The position numbers were made by a program, and so were the translations under genes. A stretch of DNA of 64,000 nucleotides from Styela clava (Eukaryota). Every line of letters begins with the position of its first letter. The first letter of the stretch is position 1. Below the pieces are notes generated by a model that did no database searches, had not been told where the DNA came from, and saw only the letters and a list, made by a program, of their open reading frames with translations. Positions 23,101 to 35,100 of this stretch are shown in pieces. The stretch covers positions 496,001 through 560,000 of the forward strand of contig NC_135260.1 in NCBI RefSeq assembly GCF_964204865.1, in the 5' to 3' direction.

Positions 23101-26100
23101 TTGTCTACCTCAATTTATCAACCTGACTGAAATAAGGTTTGAACCCGAGAATATCGGAGAGAACATTCAATGCTCCAACAACTTTCGCATTGACAAAATA
23201 AATCTTGATGTACTTACCTAGATCATAACATTCGGAAGAGTTTAAAGTTGTGATGTTGTCTAACTCTACATTCCCGGATGCCTCAAGCTCAAGCTGGACC
23301 TGAATGAAAAAAGATCCAAGTTTAAGCACCGCTGCGAGGTAAAGTCTAGAGTGGAAGTCGAGAGTGCTTCCAGTGTGAAATCGGAATTGAACTTTCTAAC
23401 TACGAAGTCAGCAACCGGAATTCCAGATTTCTAAATGTGATAATCGAAGACAATTTTCAGACAGATCGCGAAAAGCATTACGTTCACTAAGCATTTTCAA
23501 CATGCTTGCATGAAATTAAGTTTTTGTGGAAAAATTTTGGTTTTCTTGGTTTGACCTAGACTGCAATGTTTCCCAAACTTTTTGAGCCGCGGACCGCTGT
23601 TTGTGAATCTTAATTTTGATGCCTTAATAAAATGAATAAAAATATTAAAATGAAAATGGCGTTTTCTGGAAGCTATGAATATTCATCGGCAACACTCAAC
23701 CAAAATATGCAATGGCTTTTTGATTGAAATCAATCATTAAAATCGATTACTCATTTCATATCGTTGCGGATCCCCTGCGCAATCATCATGGACCACCAGG
23801 GGTCCGCGGACCCTAGTTTGGGAATCCCTGACTTAAAGTAAGGTAAATAGATTCAGAAATTGTTGTTGATTTGGAGTCAGTCCTTGAATGGATCAGAATT
23901 GCGAGAGGATTCTCATAGAGTCAAAAAATCTACATTTGAGGTTTATACATGCGAAGAGAATTCTAGAGAAACTCCAATTATGCAAAGAAATGACTGAAAC
24001 CCTCTGCACGCTGATCAAACAAGACTATGTCCTACCAATATCAACCAAACGCCCATGTGAGGTGGGATTCCTGTAGTATGTGTACCAGGTTAGACATAAT
24101 TTTGTTTCGATTTTCCTTATTTTATTTCCACTACGTGTTCGGGAACTGTCTGTGTTAGCCAAGTGACTAACCCCTTTCCTTACATGTCAGTCATTTTACG
24201 CAACTTTGTGTAAAATAGGCGAACAAAATTAGTTACCTCCATATTGGTACACACACGTCTGGAACGCCAAAACTTTTGCATAATGTGGGATGGGATTCAT
24301 TTTTAAAGCAATTCTGATTTAAAAAGATTTTTGCTAACAAATGTGTTGCAAACCTCTGTATCTGTAGAGTTCACTTTCTTTAAAATGAATTTCTCGGTTT
24401 TCCAGGTAGTCGAGGCAGAAAACGGCCAGATTGCTTTCCTAAAAAAAACGAAACATATCATTGCTGTCTTCACATAGACTTACAAAATAAATCACAATCA
24501 GCTATATTTTTCGTTTTCCTGTAACCTCATTTATATGCAATCCATTATTCAGCTTTTGTACTGAGCGGATCAACTTTAAAGTACCTAAAGCCTCCCATTA
24601 ATCAGTATTTTCTAATGTGTAATGCACAGATATAGTTTCGGCAGCTCTTCACATTACAGTGGTTGTCAGTAATTCTGTTCACAGATGATCCTCGGATGGA
24701 AAATTTTTAAAAAGGGGGTGTGCAACCTTTAATACTAAGGGCCAAATACAAATAACTGGGTGAAGCCACGGGCCGCATCTTTATTTAACATTGGCTTTGC
24801 GTGACAACATGACATGCGTTGTTCATAGCATAGATAATATATTGGACCGAGGTATAGGTTTTGCAAAGGGATTGGAATCACTCCCACGTATCAGATTAAA
24901 CTAAATTAAACATTTTGTTTTGCGTGTCGCACATTAGTAAAATCTGGCAATATTTTGCAGGTCGCACAATTTTTTTTGTGGGCCGCATTTTGCATGCTGG
25001 CGACAGGTTGCACATCCCTGAAACACTGAATTTCAAATTCCGTTATTGGTTTTTAAAAATAATAATTCTTTACTGTACAGTGACTGCCAATACAAACATG
25101 CTCTAGAGCAGGGGAGTGACTGCCAATACAAATGCTCTAGAGCAGGGGTTCCCAAGCTTTTTCAGGACGACCCCAAAGACAACTTTCAAGTGTCCAGTGC
25201 GACCCCAGGTCAATAGATATATTTTTCATACAACTTTACAGCTTTTCTCACTGGACTTTTGAGTCTGGTCAAGTGATATTATTAGGTAAAATAAGCTAAA
25301 ACCAAACAGTGATGTCACAATAAGCACCTACATTTTCTATAGCATAATCATAGAGCGATGCTTATAGGCCTGTTTTACAGTAAGCCATGGTACAAACTGC
25401 TAAATTTAACATGGTTTGTCAAATCTTAGATGTTTTGTACATCCATCCTCTACCATACATCAGCGCCCCACCGACCTGTTTGCGACTCTACCTACTTATG
25501 ACTCGACTCAATTTGGGGTCCCGACGGTCCTGGGCCTTGGGAACTCCTGCTCAAAAGTGAAAGCAGCAAATGGTCACATAAAAAAATGAATACAGTGTTA
25601 GCTACTTACGTTACAGTTCCATTGTGAGCCTTGGCCACCAGTTCTCCATCAGATGTATTTTTTATGTCGACACTCATGCATAGTTCCTCATTGCCAGCCA
25701 AAGCCTTAGGTAAAGATCTGATTGTACCATTACCAGCAAGAACATAACCTAAGATGAATTAGAATAAAACAATTAGAGTGTATCTGGTGGGAGAGATGGA
25801 AAAACAGCATCTTTCAATTCTTGTGTGAGAGAATCTGAAATCTGACCGCGCAATGACACGGCATAGTTTGGCGCATCATGCTAAGCGGTAGAAATGCGCG
25901 TTTTATCGAGAGGCCGTGGTTCGCCGTATAATTGAGTCGTCTCGTCAGCTTTCTTCATCTCACTCACTCACTCATAAGTAAAGGAGACTCATTTGTAAGC
26001 GAAGTTACAGGTAATCACTCAGAAGTAAAGGAGACTCATTTGTAAGCGAAGTTACAGGCACTCACTCAGAAGTAAAGGAGACTCAGTTGTAAGCAAAGTT

Positions 26101-29100
26101 ACAGGCACTCACTAAGAAGTAGAGGAGACTCATCTCTGAGCAAAGTTACGGGTACTCACTCAGGAGTAAAGGAGACTCATTTGTAAGCAAAGTTACAGGT
26201 AATCACTCAGAAGTAAGGGAGACTCATTTGTAAGCGAAGTTACAGGCACTCACTCAGAAGTAAAGGAGACTCAGTTGTAAGCAAAGTTACAGGCACTCAC
26301 TAAGAAGTAGAGGAGACTCATCTCTGAGCAAAGTTACGGGTACTCACTCAGGAGTAAAGGAGACTCATTTGTAAGCAAAGTTACAGGTGATCACTCAGAA
26401 GTAAAGGAGACTAATTTGTAAGCGAAGTTACAGGCACTCACTCAGAAGTAAAGGAGACTCAGTTGTAAGCAAAGTTACAGGCACTCACTCAGAAGTAAAG
26501 GAGACTCAGTTGTAAGCAAAGTTACAGGCACTCACTAAGAAGTAGAGGAGACTCATCTCTGAGCAAAGTTACGGGTACTCACTCAGGAGTAAAGGAGACT
26601 CATTTGTAAGCGAAGTTACAGGTAATCACTCAGAAGTAAAGGAGACTCATTTGTAAGCGAAGTTATAGGCACTCACTCAGAAGTAAAGGAGACTCAGTTG
26701 TAAGCAAAGTTACAGGCACTCACTAAGAAGTAGAGGAGACTCATCTCTGAGCAAAGTTTCGGGTACTCACTCAGGAGTAAAGGAGACTCATTTGTAAGCG
26801 AAGTTATAGGCACTCACTCAAAAGTAAGAAGACTCATTTGTAAGCAAAGTTACGAGTACTCACTCAGAAATGAAATTGACTCATTTCTGTCATTTGTAAG
26901 CAAATTTACTCAGAAGTAAAGGTGACTCATCCAAGCGTTTAATATAGAAACAATACCTGTAACGCCATTATCTCTGTATTCTCTCTGAAATGTTCCATTA
27001 ACTCTAGTGTAGCCGCATGTAGGGTTGGTTGAAGACTCAAAATCACATGTAAGGTCGACTGAAAAACACAAAAACCTTTTTTAGAGTCCGAGCCTCATAT
27101 TCTGGCCTAAACCGACTATTATTTCATTCTGAACAGGTCTGTAAAATCGGATGAAATTCACATCGACATCGGGTTGAAACAATTTCAATACCGACTCAGA
27201 TTTGAAGTCCAAAGATAATCAAATGTCAGAATGTCAGACTTTCAATGGTGACAAGTCAAAATTAGCTATCAAAATTTAAAAAGTAAGTTTGCTAAACAGT
27301 GTATTTAGAGGCTTGAATGGATTGGACTTAAAGAGCAAACTTCTTTTAAATATCAGTCAGATTAGGAGTTAGCTCCACCCCTGGAGTATGCGTACCAAGA
27401 TGGCGGACACCGAAGCGTAGTATGTGTACCAAGTCATAATTTTAGGTTAAAATAGCCTACTACGGGAGTCACTTGGTTAGTCCCCGAACTCATAATAGAA
27501 CTGATAATAAATGAGGAAAATTGGAATAAAATTATCCTAAACCTAACCTGGTACACCGTTGTGTTGAATGATAGGGATCCCGTGCGAAGAGATATGAGCG
27601 AAAATATCGCCAGACTCCGCGCCGACGCTGGTAAGTTACGGCTCTGATTCAGTGCATTTTTTATCTAATAGTTTTAAGCAAAAACACTCTCAAAATTAAC
27701 GTCAAAGTATAAAAATAAAGTCAAAGGTCAAACGTCCATTTTTGCTCTGATTCAACTATTTTTGTAACCAGCAATTTTATGCGGATGTACTAAATAGTAC
27801 CGATATTTAAAGTCGCACAAACACTCTTAAAATTAATAGCAAAAGCATAACATTGGGGGTCAAAGGTCAAACGTCAATTTTTGTTGTGATTCAACAATAT
27901 TTTTATCCAATAATTTTACGAGGATGCATTGAACAGCATAGCATCTAAAGTCAAAGTCAGTTGCACGCGAGCGCAGTCGTTTTGCACGCCGTTAGCTATA
28001 ATTGCACGCCTGGAATTCTGATTTGCACGCAGGATTTTCTGATTGCACGCCCGATTTCTCGTTCAAAAAGGCCATGAAATTCATGTTGGATTTAGAAATA
28101 TTTACTAGTTAATTGTTTCAGATACACAGACTAGATGGCAAGAAAGCCGTGAACGACCAGCGGTTATGTGATAACGAGGGGTCCAGCAATACTCTCGCAC
28201 ATAATTATCCCTTGATGGAACCACCGAACACCTCGAAGTTTTGAAAATTATCCACAATTAAACAGCGCTATGTGAACACTTACCTATGCAAGTGGGCACT
28301 TCACCCCAGGTTCCATTTTCTCCGCATTTTCCAATGTTTGATCCTTGAATAACGTATCCAGCATTGCATGAATATTCGATAGTCTGATTGACATCTAAGG
28401 CAGTTGCGGTGTCTACAGTCCCGTTGTCTGGAGCTTTAGGGGCTGGGCAGGTACGTACTGTAATAGAATATTGAAACAAGTATTGGAGAAAGTTGTGTAA
28501 ATTTTTTATGACTACATACAGAAATTAAAATTGTTTTTAAACTTAAATAAATAATCTAAACAATGTCAGCAACCATTCAATTTGCAAAAAAAACGTCACC
28601 CACCCCCTCTTCTATAGTTTCCTACTTGAGGTACTAAACTACATGAAACCCTAATTTTTTACAGGGGGGAGTGGGTTCGTACTTCAAGTATTCTAGTGGC
28701 GTAGCAAAACAATTTTTACATAGGTCAATAAGGTGACCAGACTTCACAACAGACATGGTTTTTGGAGCTGAGGCCCGAAATTTTTGCCCAACTGGTCTGG
28801 CGGGCCATAAAAGTGTGACGCAAAAAGTTACATTTTATGCACAATATTTACAGTGTTACGAAAGCAAAATGGTAAAACAATAAGCCTCGTGTCAAAACTA
28901 AATTAAATAGCAATCTCAACAAATTCCTTGAGCTATTTTCAACTGAAACAGTAAAATTTGGTTTTATATTGGTGGGCCAGATGAAATTACCCATCAGGCC
29001 TGATTTGGCCCGCAAGCCGTAGGCTGCCCATGTCAGATTAAGATACTGGATGGGGAAAACTACAACTCGGCACAGCCTTTCGTTCGGTCAATCAGGTCTT

Positions 29101-32100
29101 GGAGAAATTTGTGAAAACTACATACAGAAATTAGATTTGTTTTTAAACTCAAGTTAATTAAAAGATGATAAGTAATTGTGAACGTCACATGCGGTTTTCT
29201 GAATGAGGCCCTTGCAAAAAAACTTTGCCTCCCGCGCTCCCTCCTTTAGACAAGGTATTATCAATATATGCGGACTCACTATTCTGACTATCCTGCAGGC
29301 TGGATTCCATGGCAGGTGGACGCCCGAGATCGCTAGCGCTTCGCAATAATGCACGAGAGCAAATTCAATTCTGCTCGCCGAAAATTTGCAATTGCTCACC
29401 AATGAAAATCGATTCAAATGGTTTTTAAATCAATAATCCAGTAATATAAAGATGGCAACAAATTGCAGCTCCACAATTGTCAACTACATACTAGCTTGCA
29501 ACAATTTGGCCTGATCAAAAAATGCGAAGCAAAAAAGAATGTCGTGTTGAATGATAGGGATCACATGAGAATAGTTATGGGCGAAAAGATCGCCAGACTC
29601 CCCGCCGACGCTGGTAAGTTACGGCTCTGATTCAGCGCATTTTTTATTCAATAGTTTTACGCAAAACACTCCCAAAATAATGTCAAATTATAAAAATAAT
29701 GTTTGGGGGTCATAGGTCAAACGTCCATTTTTGCTTTGATTCAACGTTTTTTTTTAACCAGCAATTTTACGGGGATTTATTAAACAGTACCAGTATTTAA
29801 AGTCGCACAAACACTCTTATTAAAATTAATAGCAAAGCATAAAAATAATGTTGGGGGTCAAAGATCAAACGTCCATTTTATCCAATAATTTTATGAGGCT
29901 GTATTGAACAGCATTGCATCTAAAGTCAAAGTCAGTTGCACGCGAGTGCAGTCGTTTTGCACGCCATTAGCTATAATTGCACGTTGTGAATTCTGATTTG
30001 CATGCGAGAATTGCTGATTGCACGCCCGATTTCTCGTTCAAAAAGGCCATGAAATCCAGACTGGTGCCATTACCCGTTCATGTTGGGTTTAGAGATAATT
30101 ACTAGTTAATTGTTTCAGATACACAGACTAGATGGTGAGAAAGCCGTAAACGACCAGCGGTTATGTGATAGCGAGGGGTCCATCAATACTCTCGCACATA
30201 ATTATCCCTTAATGAAACCACCGAACACCTCGGAGTTTGAAAAATTATCCACGATTAAACAGCGCTATGTGAACACTTACCTACGCAAGTGGGCACCTCA
30301 CCCCAGGTTCCATTTTCTCTGCATTTTCCAATGTCTGATCCTTGAAGAACGTATCCAGCATTGCATGAATATTCGATAGTCTGATTGACCTCTAAGGCAG
30401 TTGCGGTGTCTACAGTCCCGTTGTCTGGAGCTTCAGGGGCTGGGCAGGTACGTACTGTAATAGAATATTGAAACAGGTATTGGAGAAAGTTGTGAAAAAT
30501 TTTTATGACTACATACAGAAATTAAAATTGTTTTTAAACTTAAATAAAAGATCTAAACAATGTCAGCAACCATTCAATTTGCAAAAAAAACGTCACCCAC
30601 CCCCTCTTCTATAGTTTCCTACTTGAGGTACTAAACTACATGAAACCCTAATTTTTCACAGTGTGGTGACCAAACTTCACAACAGACATGGTTTTGGAGC
30701 GAGGGTAAAAAATATTTCCCACCTGGTCTGGCGGGCCATAAAAGTGTGACGTAAAAAGTTACATTTTATGAATAATATTTACAGTGTTACAAAAGCAAAA
30801 GTGGAAACAATAGGCCTTGTGTCAAAACTAAATTAAATAGCAATATCAACAAATTCCTTGAGCTATTTTTAACTGAAACAGTAAAATTTGGTTTTATTTT
30901 GGGGGACCAGATGAAATTACCCATCAGGCCTGATTTGTCCCGCAAGCCGCAGGTTGCCCATGTCAGATTATTAAGATACTGGATGGGGAAAACTACAACT
31001 CGTCACAGCCTTTCGTGCGGTCAATTAGGTCTTGGAGAAATTTGTGGAAACTACATACAGAAATTAGATTTGTTTTTTAAGCTTAAGATGAAACACTCCC
31101 AAAATTAATGTCAGAGTAAAAAAATAATGTTTGGGGTCAAAGGTCAAACGTCCATTTTTGCCCTTGATTCAAAGTATTTTTTTTAGCCAGCAATTTTACG
31201 CGAATGTACTAAACAGTACAGGTATTTATAGTCGCACAAACACTCTTAAAATTAATAGCAAAGTATAAAAATATTGTTGGGGGTCAAAGATCAAACCTCC
31301 ATTTTTGCTCTGATTCAACAATTTTTTATCCAATAATTCTACGAGGATGTATTGAACAGCATAGCATCTAAAGTCAAAGTCAGTTGCACGCGGGCGCAGT
31401 CGTTTTGCGTGCCGTTAGCTATAATTGCACACCGGGTATTCGGATTTGCATGTGAGAATTTCTGATTGCACGCCCGATTTCTCGTTCAAAAAAGGCCTTG
31501 AAATCCAGACTGGTGCCATTACCCGTTCATGTTGGGTTTAGAGATAGTTACTAGTTAATTGTTTCAGATACACAGACTAGATGGTGAGAAAGCCGTAAAC
31601 GACCAGCGGTTATGTGATAGCGAGGGGTCCAGCAATACTCTCGCACATAATTATCCCTTAATGGAACCACCGAACACCTCGGAGTTTGGAAAATTATGCA
31701 CGATTAAACAGCGCTATGTGAACACTTACCTACGCAAGTGGGCACCTCACCCCAGGTTCCATTTTCTCTGCATATTCCAATGTTTGATCCTTGAAGAACA
31801 TACCCAGCATTGCATGAATATTCGATAGTCTGATTGACCTCGAAGGCAGTTGCGATGTTTACAGTCCCGTTGTCTGGAGCTTTAGGGGCTGGGCAGGTAC
31901 GTACTGTAACAGAATATTGAAACAAGTATTGGAGAGAGTTGTGAAATTTTTTATGACTACATACAAAAATTAAAATTGTTTTCAAACTTAATTAAATAAT
32001 CTAAACAATGTCAGCAACCATTCAATTTGCAACAAAAAAATGTCACCCACCCCCTCTTCTATAGTTTCGTACTTGAGGTACTAAACTACACGAAACCCTA

Positions 32101-35100
32101 ATTTTTTACAGGGGGGAGGGGGTTCGCACCTCAAGTATTCTAGTGGCGTAGCAAAACAATTTTTCCATTGGTGTGGTGACCAGACTTCACAACAGACATG
32201 GTTTTTGAAGCAAGGGCCAAAAATTTTGCCCGACTGGTCTGGCGGGCCATAAAAGTGTGACGTAAAAAGTTACATTTTATGAACAATATTTACAGTGTTA
32301 CAAAAGCAAAAGTGGAAAACAATAAGCCTCGTGTCAAAACTAAATTAAACAGAAATCTCAACAATATCCTCGAGCTATTTTCAACTAAATCATCAAAATT
32401 AGGTTTTATTTTGATTGTGGCATAACTAGGTGGGCCAGATTAAATTACCCAACAGGCAGACAGGCCGGATTTGGCCCGCAGGCCGTAGGTCGCCCATGTC
32501 AGATTAAAATCCTGGATGGGAAAACTACAACCCCATAGCGTTTTGCTGTTTTGTGGCGTCAGTCAAGTCTTGGAGAAAGTCTGAAAGTTGTGAAAACTAC
32601 ATACAGAAATTAGATTTGTTTTTAAACTCAAAAATGTCCCGTCATTTTGTTCAATAAAACAAACACTCCCATGTGTCTCACAAACGAGGGGCATCTGGCA
32701 CCACGTCAGATGCGTCCTATCAAGCCATGCTTGTCTCAATAATAATCTAAACTAATCTCGGTTGTCACATGACCAAAATTGCCTGTTTTTTGTTAAAAGC
32801 TCTCGAATGCCACGGTAAAATTTTTTTTCCTTGGGCAAATCGGATCACTTTTTCCCCCCGAGGAATTCAATGATGACGTTTTTAGATTGCACTTTTTTTA
32901 GTATTTTGCGCAAATTCAACAATGTCCAGACGTCTCCCAAAGGAGGGGTGTCTGATCATCAGTAAAATGGGTTTTTCTGAAACGAGACAATGTCGCTCAA
33001 TCTGTATAATGTGCTGCACGGTACTGAAAGGTAAAATATAGTACGGTAAGTATAGAAGTTATTGTGATGTCACATGCGGGTTTTACGAATGCAGGAATGA
33101 GCCTTTGCAAAAAAAACTTTGCCTCCCCCACTCCCCCCTTCTAGACAAGGTGTTATCAATATATATGGAGCTACCATTCCAGCATTATGACTATTCCTGA
33201 ATCTCAAGTTATCTTTCCTCTTTCTGCTGTTCTGTCTTTGGGGCCTTAGGTGCTTATCAATACTGTACCTTGAATAGATTGACTAAATTTGGGCATATGT
33301 TATTTCTGCCCTTTTTTGACCCATCTGACTGCGGCATCCAAAAATTATGTCACTACGACTCCACGGTGACGTAACAAGCACCCAGAATATACAGACGGGC
33401 ACCCAAAACGCACAGAAAATTAGCCGAAATCGAGCAAGCTGCATTGGCGTCTCATGTAGTTTCTTACCTATTTAACCTATTTCTTACCTAACATACTTCT
33501 AGTGGGCGTAGCATGAAAATTTTTTCACGTATCAATCCTAACCCCCATCTGACTACACCATCCAAAAATTACGTCATTACGACGTCACAGTGACGTAATA
33601 GAGCCCTTCAAACTATATGAACTGCCATCCAAGACGCGCAAATGAGCACCCGAAATCGAACAGTTAGTTCTCTCGTTTTCTCGTCGCAACGATTCCAATA
33701 GGAGAGAGACCGATAACGTCAGTCAGTTTTTTATCGTCGGCGCCAATCTCGTTTCGGCCGATCGTGCGTATATTTGGCAAGCTCTATGCCGTGATTGTGA
33801 TGTCGTAGTGATTTAATTTTTGGATGGCGTAATCAGATGGGGGTTAGGATTGACATATCAAAAAATTGTTATGCTACGCCCACTAGAAGTACGTTAGGTA
33901 CAAAACTACACAAGACAAATGCATTGTATACAAGTCATTCTCATAGTTGGATCATTTTGTAGAGCTCAAATGAACAGAAGTTTAAATTAAACATTTTGAG
34001 GTTTGCGAAGTGATCGAACGACAAGAAAACGACAGAAAAAAAGTATGACACCTAATTCGGCATAGCTTGCTCGATTCGGGGTTATCATAAGCACGTTTTG
34101 GACGACCGTCCACATTAAATCACTGTGATTTTTGAATGGCGTAGTCAGATTATCGGTAGTCATATGGGGGTTCGGATAGACATATGCAAAAATGGTTATA
34201 CCACGACCACTAGAAGTACTAAACTAAAGTTCAAGCTGGACTTGCTATGGAAAAGCTTAACTTTTTATTTGTAAGAAAACAACTCACCTACCAAAACTGA
34301 ACAAAAAAAAAACGTGAGTAACAGCGATTTCTGGGTCTAGTACCGGTACAGTTCAGTTTAGTCCCACAAGATGGCGTACATAGTCCGAGCGTTGCCTCGC
34401 TTTATGACCTTCTGACCTTTGTCGTTTTGCTGTGAGACTCGAGAAATCGCGGCCTGGTATAGTTGAGTACCAAAAGTACTTCTAGTGGGCGTAGCATAAC
34501 CATTTTGGCATGTGGTATTCCTCCCCCCGACATGCAAATTTAAACCATTTAATACGTCATCCAGAAAAGACCCGCCAAAATATACGAACGTTTTTGCAAG
34601 AATTTATTTTTTTTGGATGACGTAGTCAGATGATGGTCGGGAATGACGAATGCCAAAATGATATGCTACGCCCGAAGTACTTGTTGTACTAAACTACACT
34701 ACACCCCGATTTCTCGAATCGCAGAGCGAACGACAGCACCAAAGGTCAGAAGGTCATGAAGCGAGGCAACGCTCAGACTATGTACGCCATCTTGTGGGAA
34801 TAAATAAAATCATTTTTCAAGAATAATCTTTTAGGCGAATGTTAATAACTTATAATCAAGTAAATACATTTAGTGTTTTTGGGATTCGTTTTCACATCTC
34901 ACTCCAAGCAAGTCGCTAGAGAAGACAATTACTAGTACATAAGGATCTACTTTTCTTGGAAGTGTCACAATTTACCTTTACTGGACCTCAGGTATTGAGG
35001 AATTCCTACTTAATATATTTGACGCGTACTAAAAAGCGCTTAGAGGAGAAATATTCTCCGAGTGAAAAACGAGAAAGAGGAGGCCACACCAACCTGTACT

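Larger units (their letters stand above)
27560..32631. repeat. Intragenic tandem triplication (~1.5-2 kb units), each carrying one sushi exon
   Basis: Units ~27560-29152, 29545-31085 and 31090-32631 share intron sequence at high identity. Confidence 0.92.

Noticed and set aside
25965-26930. CRISPR-like array
   Set aside because: Monomers are contiguous with no unique spacers, there are no cas genes, and the context is a eukaryotic intron; it is a satellite.
30110-31828. Plus-strand 89-aa ORFs at 30110 and 31559
   Set aside because: Antisense shadows of the duplicated sushi exons, starting at non-ATG codons.
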